A DNA stretch of 64,000 bases from Balanoglossus misakiensis. Taxonomy: Eukaryota > Animalia > Hemichordata. Positions 1-14,469 of the stretch are shown one piece after another. The DNA is taken from positions 10,731,403 through 10,795,402 of the forward strand of contig CM082587.2 of the NCBI GenBank assembly GCA_040954595.2, in the 5' to 3' direction. How positions within the stretch are numbered: position 1 is the first letter of the stretch; the number at the start of each line of letters is the position of its first letter. The position numbers and the translations under genes are program-made. Under the pieces are notes generated by a model, which saw only the letters and a list, made by a program, of their open reading frames with translations, searched no databases and was not told where the DNA came from.

Positions 1-295
1 TATTCCTGAAAGACCAGCTTTAAAATGCTCTAGGTTTGTGCTAGTTACAATGTTATCAGGTAAGTGGTTCCAGTCAATAATGGTTCGCGGAATGAAGGAG
101 TGTTAACTGTGTAAGTATCTGTTTTGACATTGGTATGAACAGGGGTCTTGAGTGTGAATTACTGGATGTACGTGGGTTGAATTTAATATGACTTTCGGCT
201 GGAGTTGCGATTTGGTTATTTTGTACATAAGATGAAGCCGCTGTTCTCTCCTGCGATCAGATAGTGGTATTAAATTAAGATCTTTTAACATTCAT
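1..295 (-). mobile_element. 3' end fragment of a non-LTR retrotransposon ORF2 (CR1/L2-group-like), degraded
   Basis: MLKDLNLIPLSDRRREQRLHLMYKI...SFIPRTIIDWNHLPDNIV resembles the C-terminus of LINE RT ORFs. Confidence 0.7.
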
Positions 296-454
296 TAAAT
301 TCATTTTTACTGTTTATTACGAGCTTGTATTGCATTAGGATCCACTCTGAAATGCTCCGTACTTGGCGGTATTATCCGGAACCGTTATTGTGTTCGAGAG
401 CATCTTTGGAATGTGCCTGCTCCGTTAGTACAGCAGTGAAGAGACTGTTTGTAC

Positions 455-3400
455 GAAAGAACTATCAGACTTGATTTTTTACGCGGTTATTGACTGTTGA
501 ATTTTTCACTGGAAAAGAGACACTCTTTGACGAGAAGTCAGAACAGTGAAGTCGTTTTGAATTTTGACATTGAAAACGTTTTATGCGATTTTCTTTAATT
601 TGTTTGAACAGGCTGTGATATTTTAAAGGTGATTATTGCGTTTGATTTTGACGTAGTGTATTTAAAACCGATAGCGCAGATTTGGTTTTCGTTTTCATTC
701 TTTCTTTGATCGAACGTGGAAGTTCGATTATTGGAAAAGTGGGAAAGTGTCACGACTGAGTTTTAACGCTCACAGATCTTTTCTATGATTACGTAAGAAG
801 TCATTCACTTGTATGGTTTTAGTCCAGTATTGACATAGGTACTTGACCCAGAGTAAACAAGATTGTGTAATTGATACATGTCAGAACGAGATAGAGATAT
901 CACGCGCTAAGTTCATGTTTAAGATATATTAAGATGACGTGTTCCTTTTATGACTTAATACTTGACTAATGTATTAATAAGGTGTGGTGAAATTTGAGAT
1001 CACACGTTTATCACCGGAGATCCGTGATAGGAGTCAACGAGCATGGATCGAGTCGTGCAATTCTTACGTGTGACCAGTAATAAACCAGAACTTTGTGTTA
1101 CTCGGAAAACTTGTTGCAAGTCTCTGTCTACGAAAGGTTTACGATCTGCCGGGTACCTCTCTCGGACTTTATGAATATGTTGGGTGGAGAAGGAGATGGA
1201 GAGAATGTACGCCGTCAGCCTTCGGACGTGGCTGATTCCCCACAGAAGCCGATGAGGTAAACGTCCGGAGGACGACCGGCCGTAACAACAAACTGCATGA
1301 ATTAAAGTTCAACAATCCTTAGAAGACAGGAACGTCAGAGGTTGAATCTTGATGGGAAAAGGCGAGGTATCGCTGGTTATCATCGGCGTACTGATGAAAT
1401 TGTAGGATGTGGGGACGAATCGGTTTACTATAAAGTGGGGCTATATAAATGGTGAACAACAGAGGGGCAGTGGCACCCCGTATACGAGAGGTGACTGTGA
1501 ACTTGCAGTGTTTTCGATGATTACAGTTTGATATCTATATTGAAGGTAAGATGTAAACCATGTTAGTACTGTGTCTGAGATGCCAAGGTTCGATAGTCTA
1601 CAAAGAAGTATCCCGTGATGCAAATGTACAACTGAAGAAAAAAGGAATCACAAATCTTAAAACTAAGATGCCGTTAAGAATTAAATTTCGCGAAAAGGAA
1701 GTGACGAAATACGTACATTTTCAGGTGCTCTACAACAAGTAGTCTCCCTATCATCCCTATTGGAGCATGCAGCTAAAATTTACCATGACGTCATTGATTC
1801 TACGCGAACGTTTTTCTAATAGCGATAAACATATTTTGTATAAATTGTGCTCAAACGCCCGTGAATCTCACTCGCAAAAATTCACAAGTGGCGCATACAA
1901 CACTAGGAAGAAAATTTTTTAGCAGTCTATAGAGTTTGTGACCTGAGATTTGGAAGTAAAAGTTAAACTTAAAAGTTGAGACAGAAGTGATTGAAGAGTA
2001 AAGAAACTTTTGAAGTGTTAAGAAAGTTATCGCATTCCTGATGAAAAGAAAAGAAAATACAATACATTCATTGTTTTAAGGAACACAAGGAAGACAAGTA
2101 CTATGCAATCAGAGTATGCATGGATCATTCATCTAAAAATATATCTCCGCGTCTTTTGGCGGGTAAAAATAAAATGCTGGAACGGTCTTTTGGATGGCGG
2201 ACTATTTGTGTCCTTCTTGTCCTCAGAACGCAAGTGGTCGAGTAGGTTTATTTCATTAAATTCTTATATTCTCAGTTGCTACCATAAATACCCAGTGTTC
2301 GTGTCGATGTATCTGGACGTCAGCACGATTCCATATAGGTACCTCTCAGTATTAGCCAAGCGAGTTATCCCCATCGATAGAGTTTAATTCCCCGTTACAT
2401 TCCCAACACCAATCCTCCCGCGTGACATTGAGGTTGAAGGTATACAAGCCTTAGGAATCATGCAACCATCCAGAAAGTGTAATAAATTTTGAAGCTATGA
2501 TGTGAGTTTTCAGTTCGTTTCTTCTTTTGATTTGTTGATGTAACATTGTGCGTTTTAAATAAAAGATAAAAAAATGTACAGCAATGACGTCACAAAATTC
2601 ACTGGTATTGATAAAGCTATATTATATCATATATGATATGTGTTAAATACTACCGTATCTCATTATTGCAGTATTTCGTGCTTTAACACAAAATACGCGA
2701 ATAGGGTTTAATACAAAACTAAATGACACAATTTCTGTTTCTTTGCCAAAATTCTTAATCACAAGATCAACCCATCATTACGCCTCTACTCTATTGCTAA
2801 GAGAAACCAGCGTCCGTAGCATGCATTGAAAGAACTATCAGACTTGATTTTTTACGCGGTTATTGACTGTTGAATTTTTCACTGGAAAAGAGACACTCTT
2901 TGACGAGAAGTCAGAACAGTGAAGTCGTTTTGAATTTTGACATTGAAAACGTTTTATGCGATTTTCTTTAATTTGTTTGAACAGGCTGTGATATTTTAAA
3001 GGTGATTATTGCGTTTGATTTTGACGTAGTGTATTTAAAACCGATAGCGCAGATTTGGTTTTCGTTTTCATTCTTTCTTTGATCGAACGTGGAAGTTCGA
3101 TTATTGGAAAAGTGGGAAAGTGTCACGACTGAGTTTTAACGCTCACAGATCTTTTCTATGATTACGTAAGAAGTCATTCACTTGTATGGTTTTAGTCCAG
3201 TATTGACATAGGTACTTGACCCAGAGTAAACAAGATTGTGTAATTGATACATGTCAGAACGAGATAGAGATATCACGCGCTAAGTTCATGTTTAAGATAT
3301 ATTAAGATGACGTGTTCCTTTTATGACTTAATACTTGACTAATGTATTAATAAGGTGTGGTGAAATTTGAGATCACACGTTTATCACCGGAGATCCGTGA

Positions 3401-6400
3401 TAGGAGTCAACGAGCATGGATCGAGTCGTGCAATTCTTACGTGTGACCAGTAATAAACCAGAACTTTGTGTTACTCGGAAAACTTGTTGCAAGTCTCTGT
3501 CTACGAAAGGTTTACGATCTGCCGGGTACCTCTCTCGGACTTTATGAATATGTTGGGTGGAGAAGGAGATGGAGAGAATGTACGCCGTCAGCCTTCGGAC
3601 GTGGCTGATTCCCCACAGAAGCCGATGAGGTAAACGTCCGGAGGACGACCGGCCGTAACAACAAACTGCATGAATTAAAGTTCAACAATCCTTAGAAGAC
3701 AGGAACGTCAGAGGTTGAATCTTGATGGGAAAAGGCGAGGTATCGCTGGTTATCATCGGCGTACTGATGAAATTGTAGGATGTGGGGACGAATCGGTTTA
3801 CTATAAAGTGGGGCTATATAAATGGTGAACAACAGAGGGGCAGTGGCACCCCGTATACGAGAGGTGACTGTGAACTTGCAGTGTTTTCGATGATTACAGT
3901 TTGATATCTATATTGAAGGTAAGATGTAAACCATGTTAGTACTGTGTCTGAGATGCCAAGGTTCGATAGTCTACAAAGAAGTATCCCGTGATGCAAATGT
4001 ACAACTGAAGAAAAAAGGAATCACAAATCTTAAAACTAAGATGCCGTTAAGAATTAAATTTCGCGAAAAGGAAGTGACGAAATACGTACATTTTCAGGTG
4101 CTCTACAACAAGTAGTCTCCCTATCATCCCTATTGGAGCATGCAGCTAAAATTTACCATGACGTCATTGATTCTACGCGAACGTTTTTCTAATAGCGATA
4201 AACATATTTTGTATAAATTGTGCTCAAACGCCCGTGAATCTCACTCGCAAAAATTCACAAGTGGCGCATACAACACTAGGAAGAAAATTTTTTAGCAGTC
4301 TATAGAGTTTGTGACCTGAGATTTGGAAGTAAAAGTTAAACTTAAAAGTTGAGACAGAAGTGATTGAAGAGTAAAGAAACTTTTGAAGTGTTAAGAAAGT
4401 TATCGCATTCCTGATGAAAAGAAAAGAAAATACAATACATTCATTGTTTTAAGGAACACAAGGAAGACAAGTACTATGCAATCAGAGTATGCATGGATCA
4501 TTCATCTAAAAATATATCTCCGCGTCTTTTGGCGGGTAAAAATAAAATGCTGGAACGGTCTTTTGGATGGCGGACTATTTGTGTCCTTCTTGTCCTCAGA
4601 ACGCAAGTGGTCGAGTAGGTTTATTTCATTAAATTCTTATATTCTCAGTTGCTACCATAAATACCCAGTGTTCGTGTCGATGTATCTGGACGTCAGCACG
4701 ATTCCATATAGGTACCTCTCAGTATTAGCCAAGCGAGTTATCCCCATCGATAGAGTTTAATTCCCCGTTACATTCCCAACACCAATCCTCCCGCGTGACA
4801 TTGAGGTTGAAGGTATACAAGCCTTAGGAATCATGCAACCATCCAGAAAGTGTAATAAATTTTGAAGCTATGATGTGAGTTTTCAGTTCGTTTCTTCTTT
4901 TGATTTGTTGATGTAACATTGTGCGTTTTAAATAAAAGATAAAAAAATGTACAGCAATGACGTCACAAAATTCACTGGTATTGATAAAGCTATATTATAT
5001 CATATATGATATGTGTTAAATACTACCGTATCTCATTATTGCAGTATTTCGTGCTTTAACACAAAATACGCGAATAGGGTTTAATACAAAACTAAATGAC
5101 ACAATTTCTGTTTCTTTGCCAAAATTCTTAATCACAAGATCAACCCATCATTACGCCTCTACTCTATTGCTAAGAGAAACCAGCGTCCGTAGCATGCATT
5201 GAAAGAACTATCAGACTTGATTTTTTACGCGGTTATTGACTGTTGAATTTTTCACTGGAAAAGAGACACTCTTTGACGAGAAGTCAGAACAGTGAAGTCG
5301 TTTTGAATTTTGACATTGAAAACGTTTTATGCGATTTTCTTTAATTTGTTTGAACAGGCTGTGATATTTTAAAGGTGATTATTGCGTTTGATTTTGACGT
5401 AGTGTATTTAAAACCGATAGCGCAGATTTGGTTTTCGTTTTCATTCTTTCTTTGATCGAACGTGGAAGTTCGATTATTGGAAAAGTGGGAAAGTGTCACG
5501 ACTGAGTTTTAACGCTCACAGATCTTTTCTATGATTACGTAAGAAGTCATTCACTTGTATGGTTTTAGTCCAGTATTGACATAGGTACTTGACCCAGAGT
5601 AAACAAGATTGTGTAATTGATACATGTCAGAACGAGATAGAGATATCACGCGCTAAGTTCATGTTTAAGATATATTAAGATGACGTGTTCCTTTTATGAC
5701 TTAATACTTGACTAATGTATTAATAAGGTGTGGTGAAATTTGAGATCACACGTTTATCACCGGAGATCCGTGATAGGAGTCAACGAGCATGGATCGAGTC
5801 GTGCAATTCTTACGTGTGACCAGTAATAAACCAGAACTTTGTGTTACTCGGAAAACTTGTTGCAAGTCTCTGTCTACGAAAGGTTTACGATCTGCCGGGT
5901 ACCTCTCTCGGACTTTATGAATATGTTGGGTGGAGAAGGAGATGGAGAGAATGTACGCCGTCAGCCTTCGGACGCGGCTGATTCCCCACAGAAGCCGATG
6001 AGGTAAACGTCCGGAGGACGACCGGCCGTAACAACAAACTGCATGAATTAAAGTTCAACAATCCTTAGAAGACAGGAACGTCAGAGGTTGAATCTTGATG
6101 GGAAAAGGCGAGGTATCGCTGGTTATCATCGGCGTACTGATGAAATTGTAGGATGTGGGGACGAATCGGTTTACTATAAAGTGGGGCTATATAAATGGTG
6201 AACAACAGAGGGGCAGTGGCACCCCGTATACGAGAGGTGACTGTGAACTTGCAGTGTTTTCGATGATTACAGTTTGATATCTATATTGAAGGTAAGATGT
6301 AAACCATGTTAGTACTGTGTCTGAGATGCCAAGGTTCGATAGTCTACAAAGAAGTATCCCGTGATGCAAATGTACAACTGAAGAAAAAAGGAATCACAAA

Positions 6401-7573
6401 TCTTAAAACTAAGATGCCGTTAAGAATTAAATTTCGCGAAAAGGAAGTGACGAAATACGTACATTTTCAGGTGCTCTACAACAAGTAGTCTCCCTATCAT
6501 CCCTATTGGAGCATGCAGCTAAAATTTACCATGACGTCATTGATTCTACGCGAACGTTTTTCTAATAGCGATAAACATATTTTGTATAAATTGTGCTCAA
6601 ACGCCCGTGAATCTCACTCGCAAAAATTCACAAGTGGCGCATACAACACTAGGAAGAAAATTTTTTAGCAGTCTATAGAGTTTGTGACCTGAGATTTGGA
6701 AGTAAAAGTTAAACTTAAAAGTTGAGACAGAAGTGATTGAAGAGTAAAGAAACTTTTGAAGTGTTAAGAAAGTTATCGCATTCCTGATGAAAAGAAAAGA
6801 AAATACAATACATTCATTGTTTTAAGGAACACAAGGAAGACAAGTACTATGCAATCAGAGTATGCATGGATCATTCATCTAAAAATATATCTCCGCGTCT
6901 TTTGGCGGGTAAAAATAAAATGCTGGAACGGTCTTTTGGATGGCGGACTATTTGTGTCCTTCTTGTCCTCAGAACGCAAGTGGTCGAGTAGGTTTATTTC
7001 ATTAAATTCTTATATTCTCAGTTGCTACCATAAATACCCAGTGTTCGTGTCGATGTATCTGGACGTCAGCACGATTCCATATAGGTACCTCTCAGTATTA
7101 GCCAAGCGAGTTATCCCCATCAATAGAGTTTAATTCCCCGTTACATTCCCAACACCAATCCTCCCGCGTGACATTGAGGTTGAAGGTATACAAGCCTTAG
7201 GAATCATGCAACCATCCAGAAAGTGTAATAAATTTTGAAGCTATGATGTGAGTTTTCAGTTCGTTTCTTCTTTTGATTTGTTGATGTAACATTGTGCGTT
7301 TTAAATAAAAGATAAAAAAATGTACAGCAATGACGTCACAAAATTCACTGGTATTGATAAAGCTATATTATATCATATATGATATGTGTTAAATACTACC
7401 GTATCTCATTATTGCAGTATTTCGTGCTTTAACACAAAATACGCGAATAGGGTTTAATACAAAACTAAATGACACAATTTCTGTTTCTTTGCCAAAATTC
7501 TTAATCACAAGATCAACCCATCATTACGCCTCTACTCTATTGCTAAGAGAAACCAGCGTCCGTAACATGCATT
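455..7573. repeat. Tandem array of 3 near-identical 2373-bp units
   Basis: gaaagaactatcagac at 455, 2828, 5201; ORF track repeats with period 2373; only ~3 substitutions noticed (~5975, ~7122, ~7565). Confidence 0.97.
1445..1620 (-). mobile_element. L2/CR1-type reverse transcriptase fragment (repeated at +2373 and +4746)
   Basis: ILLCRLSNLGISDTVLTWFTSYLQYRYQTVII...YGVP matches the RT motif preceding GVPQGS. Confidence 0.75.
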
Positions 7574-9002
7574 GTGAAACCCCTTAACAACATGCATGTC
7601 AACACTTCATTTTTTCTCCAGCATTGTCAGTTTGGTACCCTGACAACTCACGGGGCATCATGGGACAATATTAAAGCTGATTCAGTGTTTATGTGCATAA
7701 AACACACGGCGGTGGAAACATTCGTTTTAAATTATTGTGGACGCGCGCACGCCCTTGTCTGTGTACAGGTACTTGATGCTTGTCTACAGTCACGTGAAAC
7801 GCTGTTGGTAGTACCCTAGAAGATAGATGTCTTTAATCAGAACTTTGGTAAGGAAGGTTTGAGAAGTCCATTCTATGTAAAGAAAGTTTAAGAAGTGTGT
7901 TACCAAAGGGTGTGGGGGTGGCTGGGGGTCATCAATATATCACTCTGCATCACGTTCACAGAAAAGGTCGCGACACGCCCACAAATTCACTCACGACTTG
8001 CGTCACCGGTTACAGGAGTTCGTACAAAAGTGTGGTTTATGCACATTTACACTGAATCAGTTTTTTTGGCCCATGATGCCCATGGGCCAATACAGGCCAC
8101 GATGCCTCCAGAATGATGATGGCAATGATGGTGATGATGATGATTGTGGTGGTGGTGGTGGTGGTGATTGAGCTTTAATTTCCCTTTCTTCCTGTCTAAC
8201 CACTTCCTCTCTCACCTTCACTTATTCGGTCTCTCCCCTCCCCTTCTGTCAAAGTCCTCCCCTCATTCCCTTTCCATCCTGACATTCTCATTTCCGCCCT
8301 CTTGCTTTTCTTCTCCTTTTTCACATTCCTTTTCTCACCTCTCTCCCCCCTCCGTAACATGTTATGTAATATATAAAGTAAAAAAGTCCAAAGCATGATG
8401 TTATCACTGATGACATTTGGAATGTATTATTGTACTATCTGGTTTAATTTCAAACATAGTGGAGTTATTTATTGGCCAGTATTTAAGCATGTTTAAAGAA
8501 GTCAAAAAGCATAATAGGCACATTTCATATCAAACAAAATTGACCAAATAAGCTCAAAAGAGGATTTGAACAATTTGTCCCTTTAAGTAATGTTCAATAT
8601 TGGATTTACACTTGTGATTGTATGTCATCTCCCTTTTGTTAGAAACCTCACCGTCATATAATAAACAGGTGACCTGACAATCATTTGAAATACCAAACTT
8701 CGGCAGCTATTCCAGTTTGGTCCAAAAAATTGTGTCGAGCCATCTAATTTTAACTGGCACCTCAACTTTAGGACTATTATGGATGTTGCTGAAACTTGAA
8801 GTGGGCTGCTTGTGAAGAGGAAGACGTGGAGTGTCTCTCAGACTCCCTGCGCTCAGTCAGAGATAAAGTCAAAATATGGATTTGACTTGCAACAGTAATT
8901 TGTTAGTTAAGTCAAATTCAACTTAAATCTGTCTCTTTGGGTCAGTCTTAACGGGTGTAGCATGCTGGAAGGGTGTGCTTACCCATTTCCGACACCTAGT
9001 AC

Positions 9003-9451
9003 CACAGGGGGCTGCAAACATGAAAGTTATAAATGGCGAAGTACGTTCCATTCTGCGTTTTCCCAACCTGTCTTATCATTTGCTAATCCAGAATAAAAGC
9101 TATCCATTTCCCATTAATCACCTGCTAACGACTTAATCTGTGTGCCCCATCCACGGATTAAGTTAATAAAGTAAACATCGGTCAGCGAGTACTGGGTATT
9201 CTCTTACCAAGTGAAAACTGACCGATGTTTACTTAATCCACTAAATCCGTGGATGGGGCACACAGATTAAGTCGTTAGCAGGTGCTTAATGGGAAATGCA
9301 ATAGCTTGTATTCTGGATTAGCAACTGCTAAGACAGGTGGAGGTAACACAGAAAAATAAACAAGCACAAAGACTGTTCATCAATTAATGTTTATTGGGGG
9401 AAAATGCAGGAACTCCGCCATTTATAACTTTCATGTTTGCAGCCCCCTGTG
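9003..9451. mobile_element. ~450-bp foldback (MITE-like) element
   Basis: cacagggggctgcaaacatgaaagttataaatggcg and its reverse complement; internal arms also complementary. Confidence 0.75.
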
Positions 9452-11090
9452 CGAGTACTACCACTTAGCAGTGGTTCAAGAGGATCCTGTTGAAATTGTA
9501 AGTTTTTCACTTATTTCTTTTTTGAACCTGGACCTGGTAATTAGCTTAGCTTGAGTAATATTGATTATTGGACCTGGTTTGATGTCTTATTATAACAACT
9601 ACAGAAGAATCTCTGGACACAGTGAAATACACACCAGGGTTATGGTAATGACTGACAAATTGTCAGTTTAAAAAAGTAGACAAAGAACTCAATTAAATAT
9701 AATAATAAAAACATGCTTTTAATATAAGGAAAAGGTACAATTGATATACTTGTAATTAAAACATAAATATAATGATGAAATTCTTCAACTGTTCTGTAGT
9801 TGCACCAGTATTTGTATAAGCTAAAAATGTTGACTTCTGGCAGGACAACTCTAACAGATATTAAACTTATTTATAGTACTTCCACTTCATGACTTTGTTC
9901 AAAAATTTCCCAAACTTATTTCATTGTTGATGAGTTGTCACCTCAGAACAACACAAAAAGGAACAGTTTGTATAAAAAAGTAATTTTGCATGAATCTTAA
10001 ACATACATGCACAAGTTGAGTGAATAACACAATATAATCATATTCTACAATGAATTACAATATCAAGATTAAGGGTTTCACATATGACATTACATTGCTA
10101 CATTTTATATACATGAATTTAATTTGAAAAATGTCCATTGATCTATAACACCATGAATAATATAAAAATATGCGAATAAATACTTTGAATTATTATATAT
10201 ACATGTCAGGTCTCAAAGTGAGTAACTATATTTTCATTCACCTATGAACTGGTTATTAACCAAATGAAATGATAGGATCTTTTATTTTGAGGATCTTATA
10301 ATTGTGATCATACACATCCATATTCCAAAATTCGCATGCCAAACAAATATCAGATTTATACGGCCAGTTGTAAAGACAGTACAAGGGGCAAAAAAATTGA
10401 TAATAGTTAATCATCATCTCCCTTCTTTTACAGTCTTGGAGAATGGTGACGGTTGAAGTCAAATTAAAGAAAAATATCAAGAAAAATATCAAAATTTGAA
10501 GCACTAATTCAGGAGGATATATAACATCGGGAGGTAGTCACTGAATATATTGAGAGAAATAATTCATAATCTATGCATTTGGATGAAAAGACCTTCTATC
10601 TGATCAAGTTAAGGATAAATGCTGCTATGTATGAATACAGAAGCAAGTCAGCATGCAAAGGGAGAGCTGAATTGGTACACTGTTAAATTTGTCCTCCAAA
10701 TTCAACACAAATATGTTGTTGTTTAGGAATTCTCGTATTATCATATCTTTCTCTTTACACAATACCTTATAATAAGTCATAACAAATTTTTAAGGAAAAT
10801 TCTTTAAAATATGTAAAATATATAGCCTTATAACCAACATACTTTAAAGATGATTATTTATGATCATTTCATTCAGATGTTGCTAAGAGTGTAATAATAA
10901 AGATCTGTTTCACTCCAACCAATTTAATGTGCGCTTATCACAGTACTGTCGTCTGACAAAGCATAACTATTATTGTTATCATTTATGGGATTATACCAAG
11001 CTTATCACAGTACTGTGTCAACTCACAAAATGAAAACCATTCTAGTTATCATTTGAATTATACCATACATGTACACACAGAGATGGCACA

Positions 11091-11355
11091 TTAGAAGTAT
11101 CTGTCTCCGTGACTCTCATGAAATAGTTCATTTCTACTCTTAAGAGGGCTTGGTCTCCATTCCTCACTTCCACTGGCACTACCACTGTCGCCACTATACA
11201 TGGGATTGTAGTGATAGATTTCTCTGAAGGCTTCCTCATCTTCCACACTTTCCCCTGCCTTGCTATCAACATCATCTGTATCATCAAACCAATGGATATC
11301 CATAGTTGCCTCTTGTTCTTCCCAGCCCAGATGTTTCTTTCCTCCAAGAGCACAC
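11091..11355 (-). CDS. Last coding exon: cytoplasmic tail with NPxY
   Basis: Phase-2 acceptor matches the TM exon; ...IYHYNPMY...HGDRYF*. Confidence 0.8.
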
Positions 11356-11701
11356 CTGAATGTCAAGAACATCATCAATGTGGGATTTGTTGAGATGTGG
11401 TTACTACTGTAGAATATCGCAGGTGGTTGTTGGACACTTTGCGGTCTGGTCGCGTGACTTTGCCTTGTTAGCCGCCATGCATGTTGAACGCAAATTATAC
11501 CATGATGCACTGCAGTTACCCTATACGCGAATAGGTCTATGCATGAACTCTTTGAATAAATTTGCTTCCACGATACAGATGAGATTATTTTTCACGTTGC
11601 CTCATGCATGTATGGAAAGATACAGGTAAATTCCCAGTTTTCTGATGGGCAACATTTCTACAGCTGTCTCGATTCTACTCTGGTAGTACTAAATAACTTA
11701 C

Positions 11702-11798
11702 CGTTGGTACATGAGTAACATTATTACACCAAGCACTAACACAGCCGCTAAACCTCCCGCAACACCACCAATGATGACAGCTGTGTCAACGGAGGAAT
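11702..11798 (-). CDS. Transmembrane exon
   Basis: DTAVIIGGVAGGLAAVLVLGVIMLLMYQR. Confidence 0.85.
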
Positions 11799-12065
11799 CT
11801 GTAAGAGTTTAAATATTTCTATTTGTCACGGGGGCGATATGCTATGATAAAAGCAAGAAAACCATTCATTATGATGCTTAACTATTGTAAAATGGTTAGT
11901 TGACCAAAAATCTAGTTATACTGCAGATGTTGCAGTTTCACCATTTTCACAAATATTTTCAAGACAACGTAAACTGTAATCATGTAGATCAAACAAATGT
12001 GTAAACTTTAGTGAATATTGTTTTTTAATCTTGAGTTATTAAAAGACAAAGAAATGTATACACAC

Positions 12066-12629
12066 CTTTAACTTTCATTGGTATTCTCTGGCGGCAAGTT
12101 TCACCTTGATATTCATCAGTACATTCACAAACAGGATTGCCATCACTGTCCTTGATGCAAACAGCATTGTTTGAGCAGAACCCTTCACATTTGTCTAGAC
12201 ACAAGAATAAAATCACATCACATTATTCTACCTGACGAACCATTTGTATTAGACAAGAACTAAACCCACTTGTAGATTGATTTCTTACAAACGGAATGGA
12301 AGTTGTGTGCTGTCGAACGTTGATTCACTATATATCCACATGTACCGGGTGAATAACATAAACAGTGTCTTGTATCAAACATAATTAATGGAAAAAGGGC
12401 AGCAAGAGAGATACTTTGTCCCTTTAATAGCATAAAATCAACAGTAGTGTCTACGTTTTAGCTGTACATATTTCTGTTGACATTTCAGTTGTAGATAGTT
12501 ACATACCTGTACAAGTTATTCCATCACCAGTGAAACCAGTTTTGCAAGTGCATTCATATCCTGGTACAAGATTCCTGCAAGTGGCATTTGGGTGACAGTC
12601 ATCCAGACCAAGACGACATTCATGTGCAT
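12066..12629 (-). CDS. Two juxtamembrane EGF exons: 12507-12629, 12066-12194
   Basis: DAHECRLGLDDCHPNATC...GFTGDGITC; DKCEGFCSNNAVC...YQGETC. Confidence 0.85.
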
Positions 12630-12705
12630 CTAGAAAACAAAAATTCTTGCAATGTCTTTAACTGACCACCAAATAAAACTATGGGATCTTCATACATATC
12701 ACCAG

Positions 12706-12897
12706 TTAAAGGTATACGGTCACCTATGGAAAATTAGCTATAGTTACCATGGCAAAAGGAGATCTAGCCAATCACAGATTTTCAGTGGGTGGCACATGCA
12801 AAAAAGAGCGCCACCATATGTTCTTTAGAACTCTCATATACTCCATTTCAGCCATATATGGGCGTTTGTAAATTGGAGGTGACTGTATACCTTTAAG
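12706..12897. mobile_element. TTAAAGG...CCTTTAA Kolobok-type MITE
   Basis: aaaggtatacggtcacc / ggtgactgtataccttt; further copies at ~25500-25699 and 60090-60284. Confidence 0.65.
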
Positions 12898-13174
12898 TTA
12901 GATGACTACCCAGATGCAGTGCATGGTTATCACATTCCATAGCCTAACATGTAGAATTCTGAGAAAACAGTATTACAATATTGTTATTTCCGTGAAATTT
13001 TCAGAAAAGGTGTTAAAAGAGGAGCATTATTAAATTATATAAAAATATTGGATCACACAACATATCAAATGATACTCTAAATAAAGAAGAAAATTTCTTA
13101 TAATGAAGTGTTTGTGTCAGATTGAACAGTTAAGGCATGTTATCAGTTCTATGATTATGAAAAATTATTCCTAC

Positions 13175-14469
13175 CAACACATTCTGTTTCATATAGGGCA
13201 CCCTCTCTGCCTGTAGTGTAGCCAGTTGGGCATGGTTGACAAGCATCCTGGTTGAATTCAAAGTTATATGTTCCAACAGGGCATTTCTCACATCTATAGG
13301 ACTCCTGATTCAAGTACCAACCAACATTGCAGTAAGCTGTTGATGGAATGGAAAAAGAGCATAGAATAAAATTGGAGGACTATCATTATTCTGAACAACT
13401 GAGGCACAATAATACAACCTTCAGTTCAGTACAGTTGAGATACAACATGAAAAGTTGTATACATAATACTTACGAACATTACAATCTTCACTTAAGGTTG
13501 AACCGACTGTTCTTGTGGTGAAGCCAAATGGGCACGGCATACAAGATGGCTGAAGTTCAGCATTTGATCGATAGGTTCCCATGGGACACGACTCACAAGA
13601 CCCATTGACACTAAGTTGGACTCCCACTGATTTACATACCTCTGTAATTGAGAAGATTAATTTTTTGATATTCACGATTATCTGCTTTTCACTCACGTGA
13701 ATTTGTTAAACTGTTGAATATGTTACATATCTGGCGGTTCTAAAGTAAAAACCTACTCGGAAAAAAGTTTACTGGATGCCGAAATATTGCTTGCCTGTCA
13801 CTTACAAATGATAACGCCATGGGTACGTCACATGGCCAGATCATGTGATTGATAGTCAAGAATAGCAAATAACACAAGTACCTACCCTGACATTGTGACT
13901 CATCAGTAGCTCCTTCAACTAATGTAAGCATTCCCTTTGGGCAAGTATTACACACAAACTTTCCTTCTTCTGATTGCCAGAATCCAATGGGGCAGCTTTG
14001 GCACTGAGAAGTCCCGTTGTCAAAGTAGTGACCAACATCGCACCTCTCTGCAATAGACATCATTGTTGAAAAATTATTTTTTCAACCAAAGAGATGAACA
14101 TTCCAATTGTCATTCTTTCCATATTGGATCACACCACAATAATTTGATATATACGTCACAATTCCCGGCAAGGGGTATGGGGTTTTATCGGGCCAGTGGC
14201 ATGAGTGAGGCTAGACGCTAGTTTTGGAAGCAAAGCGGACAAAATACGGCTAGATACTAGGCTATGGCTGTGGACGAGGAGGAGATATTGCCTTCTGTTA
14301 TACATACCAAAACACTGCAAGATGGATAATGATCTCTTTCCCCTGGTGACTCCATTATTTGGACAGGCATTGCATGCTGTTTGTCCTTCAAGGGGTTGAT
14401 AATATCCAATTGCACAAGGATGGCACTGACTCAGCTCAGTGTCATGGTACGACCCTTCAGGACACAATA
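13175..14469 (-). CDS. Four GCC2/GCC3 exons: 14308-14469, 13886-14047, 13474-13641, 13175-13336
   Basis: CPxGxY..CxxCPIGxYQ..C..CP pattern; phase 1-1. Confidence 0.88.

Noticed and set aside
311-1290. Solo LTR call
   Set aside because: Ends in cgtaaca and has AATAAA, but no clean matching 5' TG end, TSD, PBS or internal ORF was found.
2103-2387. 94-aa and 60-aa plus-strand ORFs repeated three times
   Set aside because: No domain signal; recurrence only reflects the tandem array.
8168-8398. Ser/Phe-rich and Glu/Arg-rich ORFs
   Set aside because: Low-complexity polypyrimidine tract.
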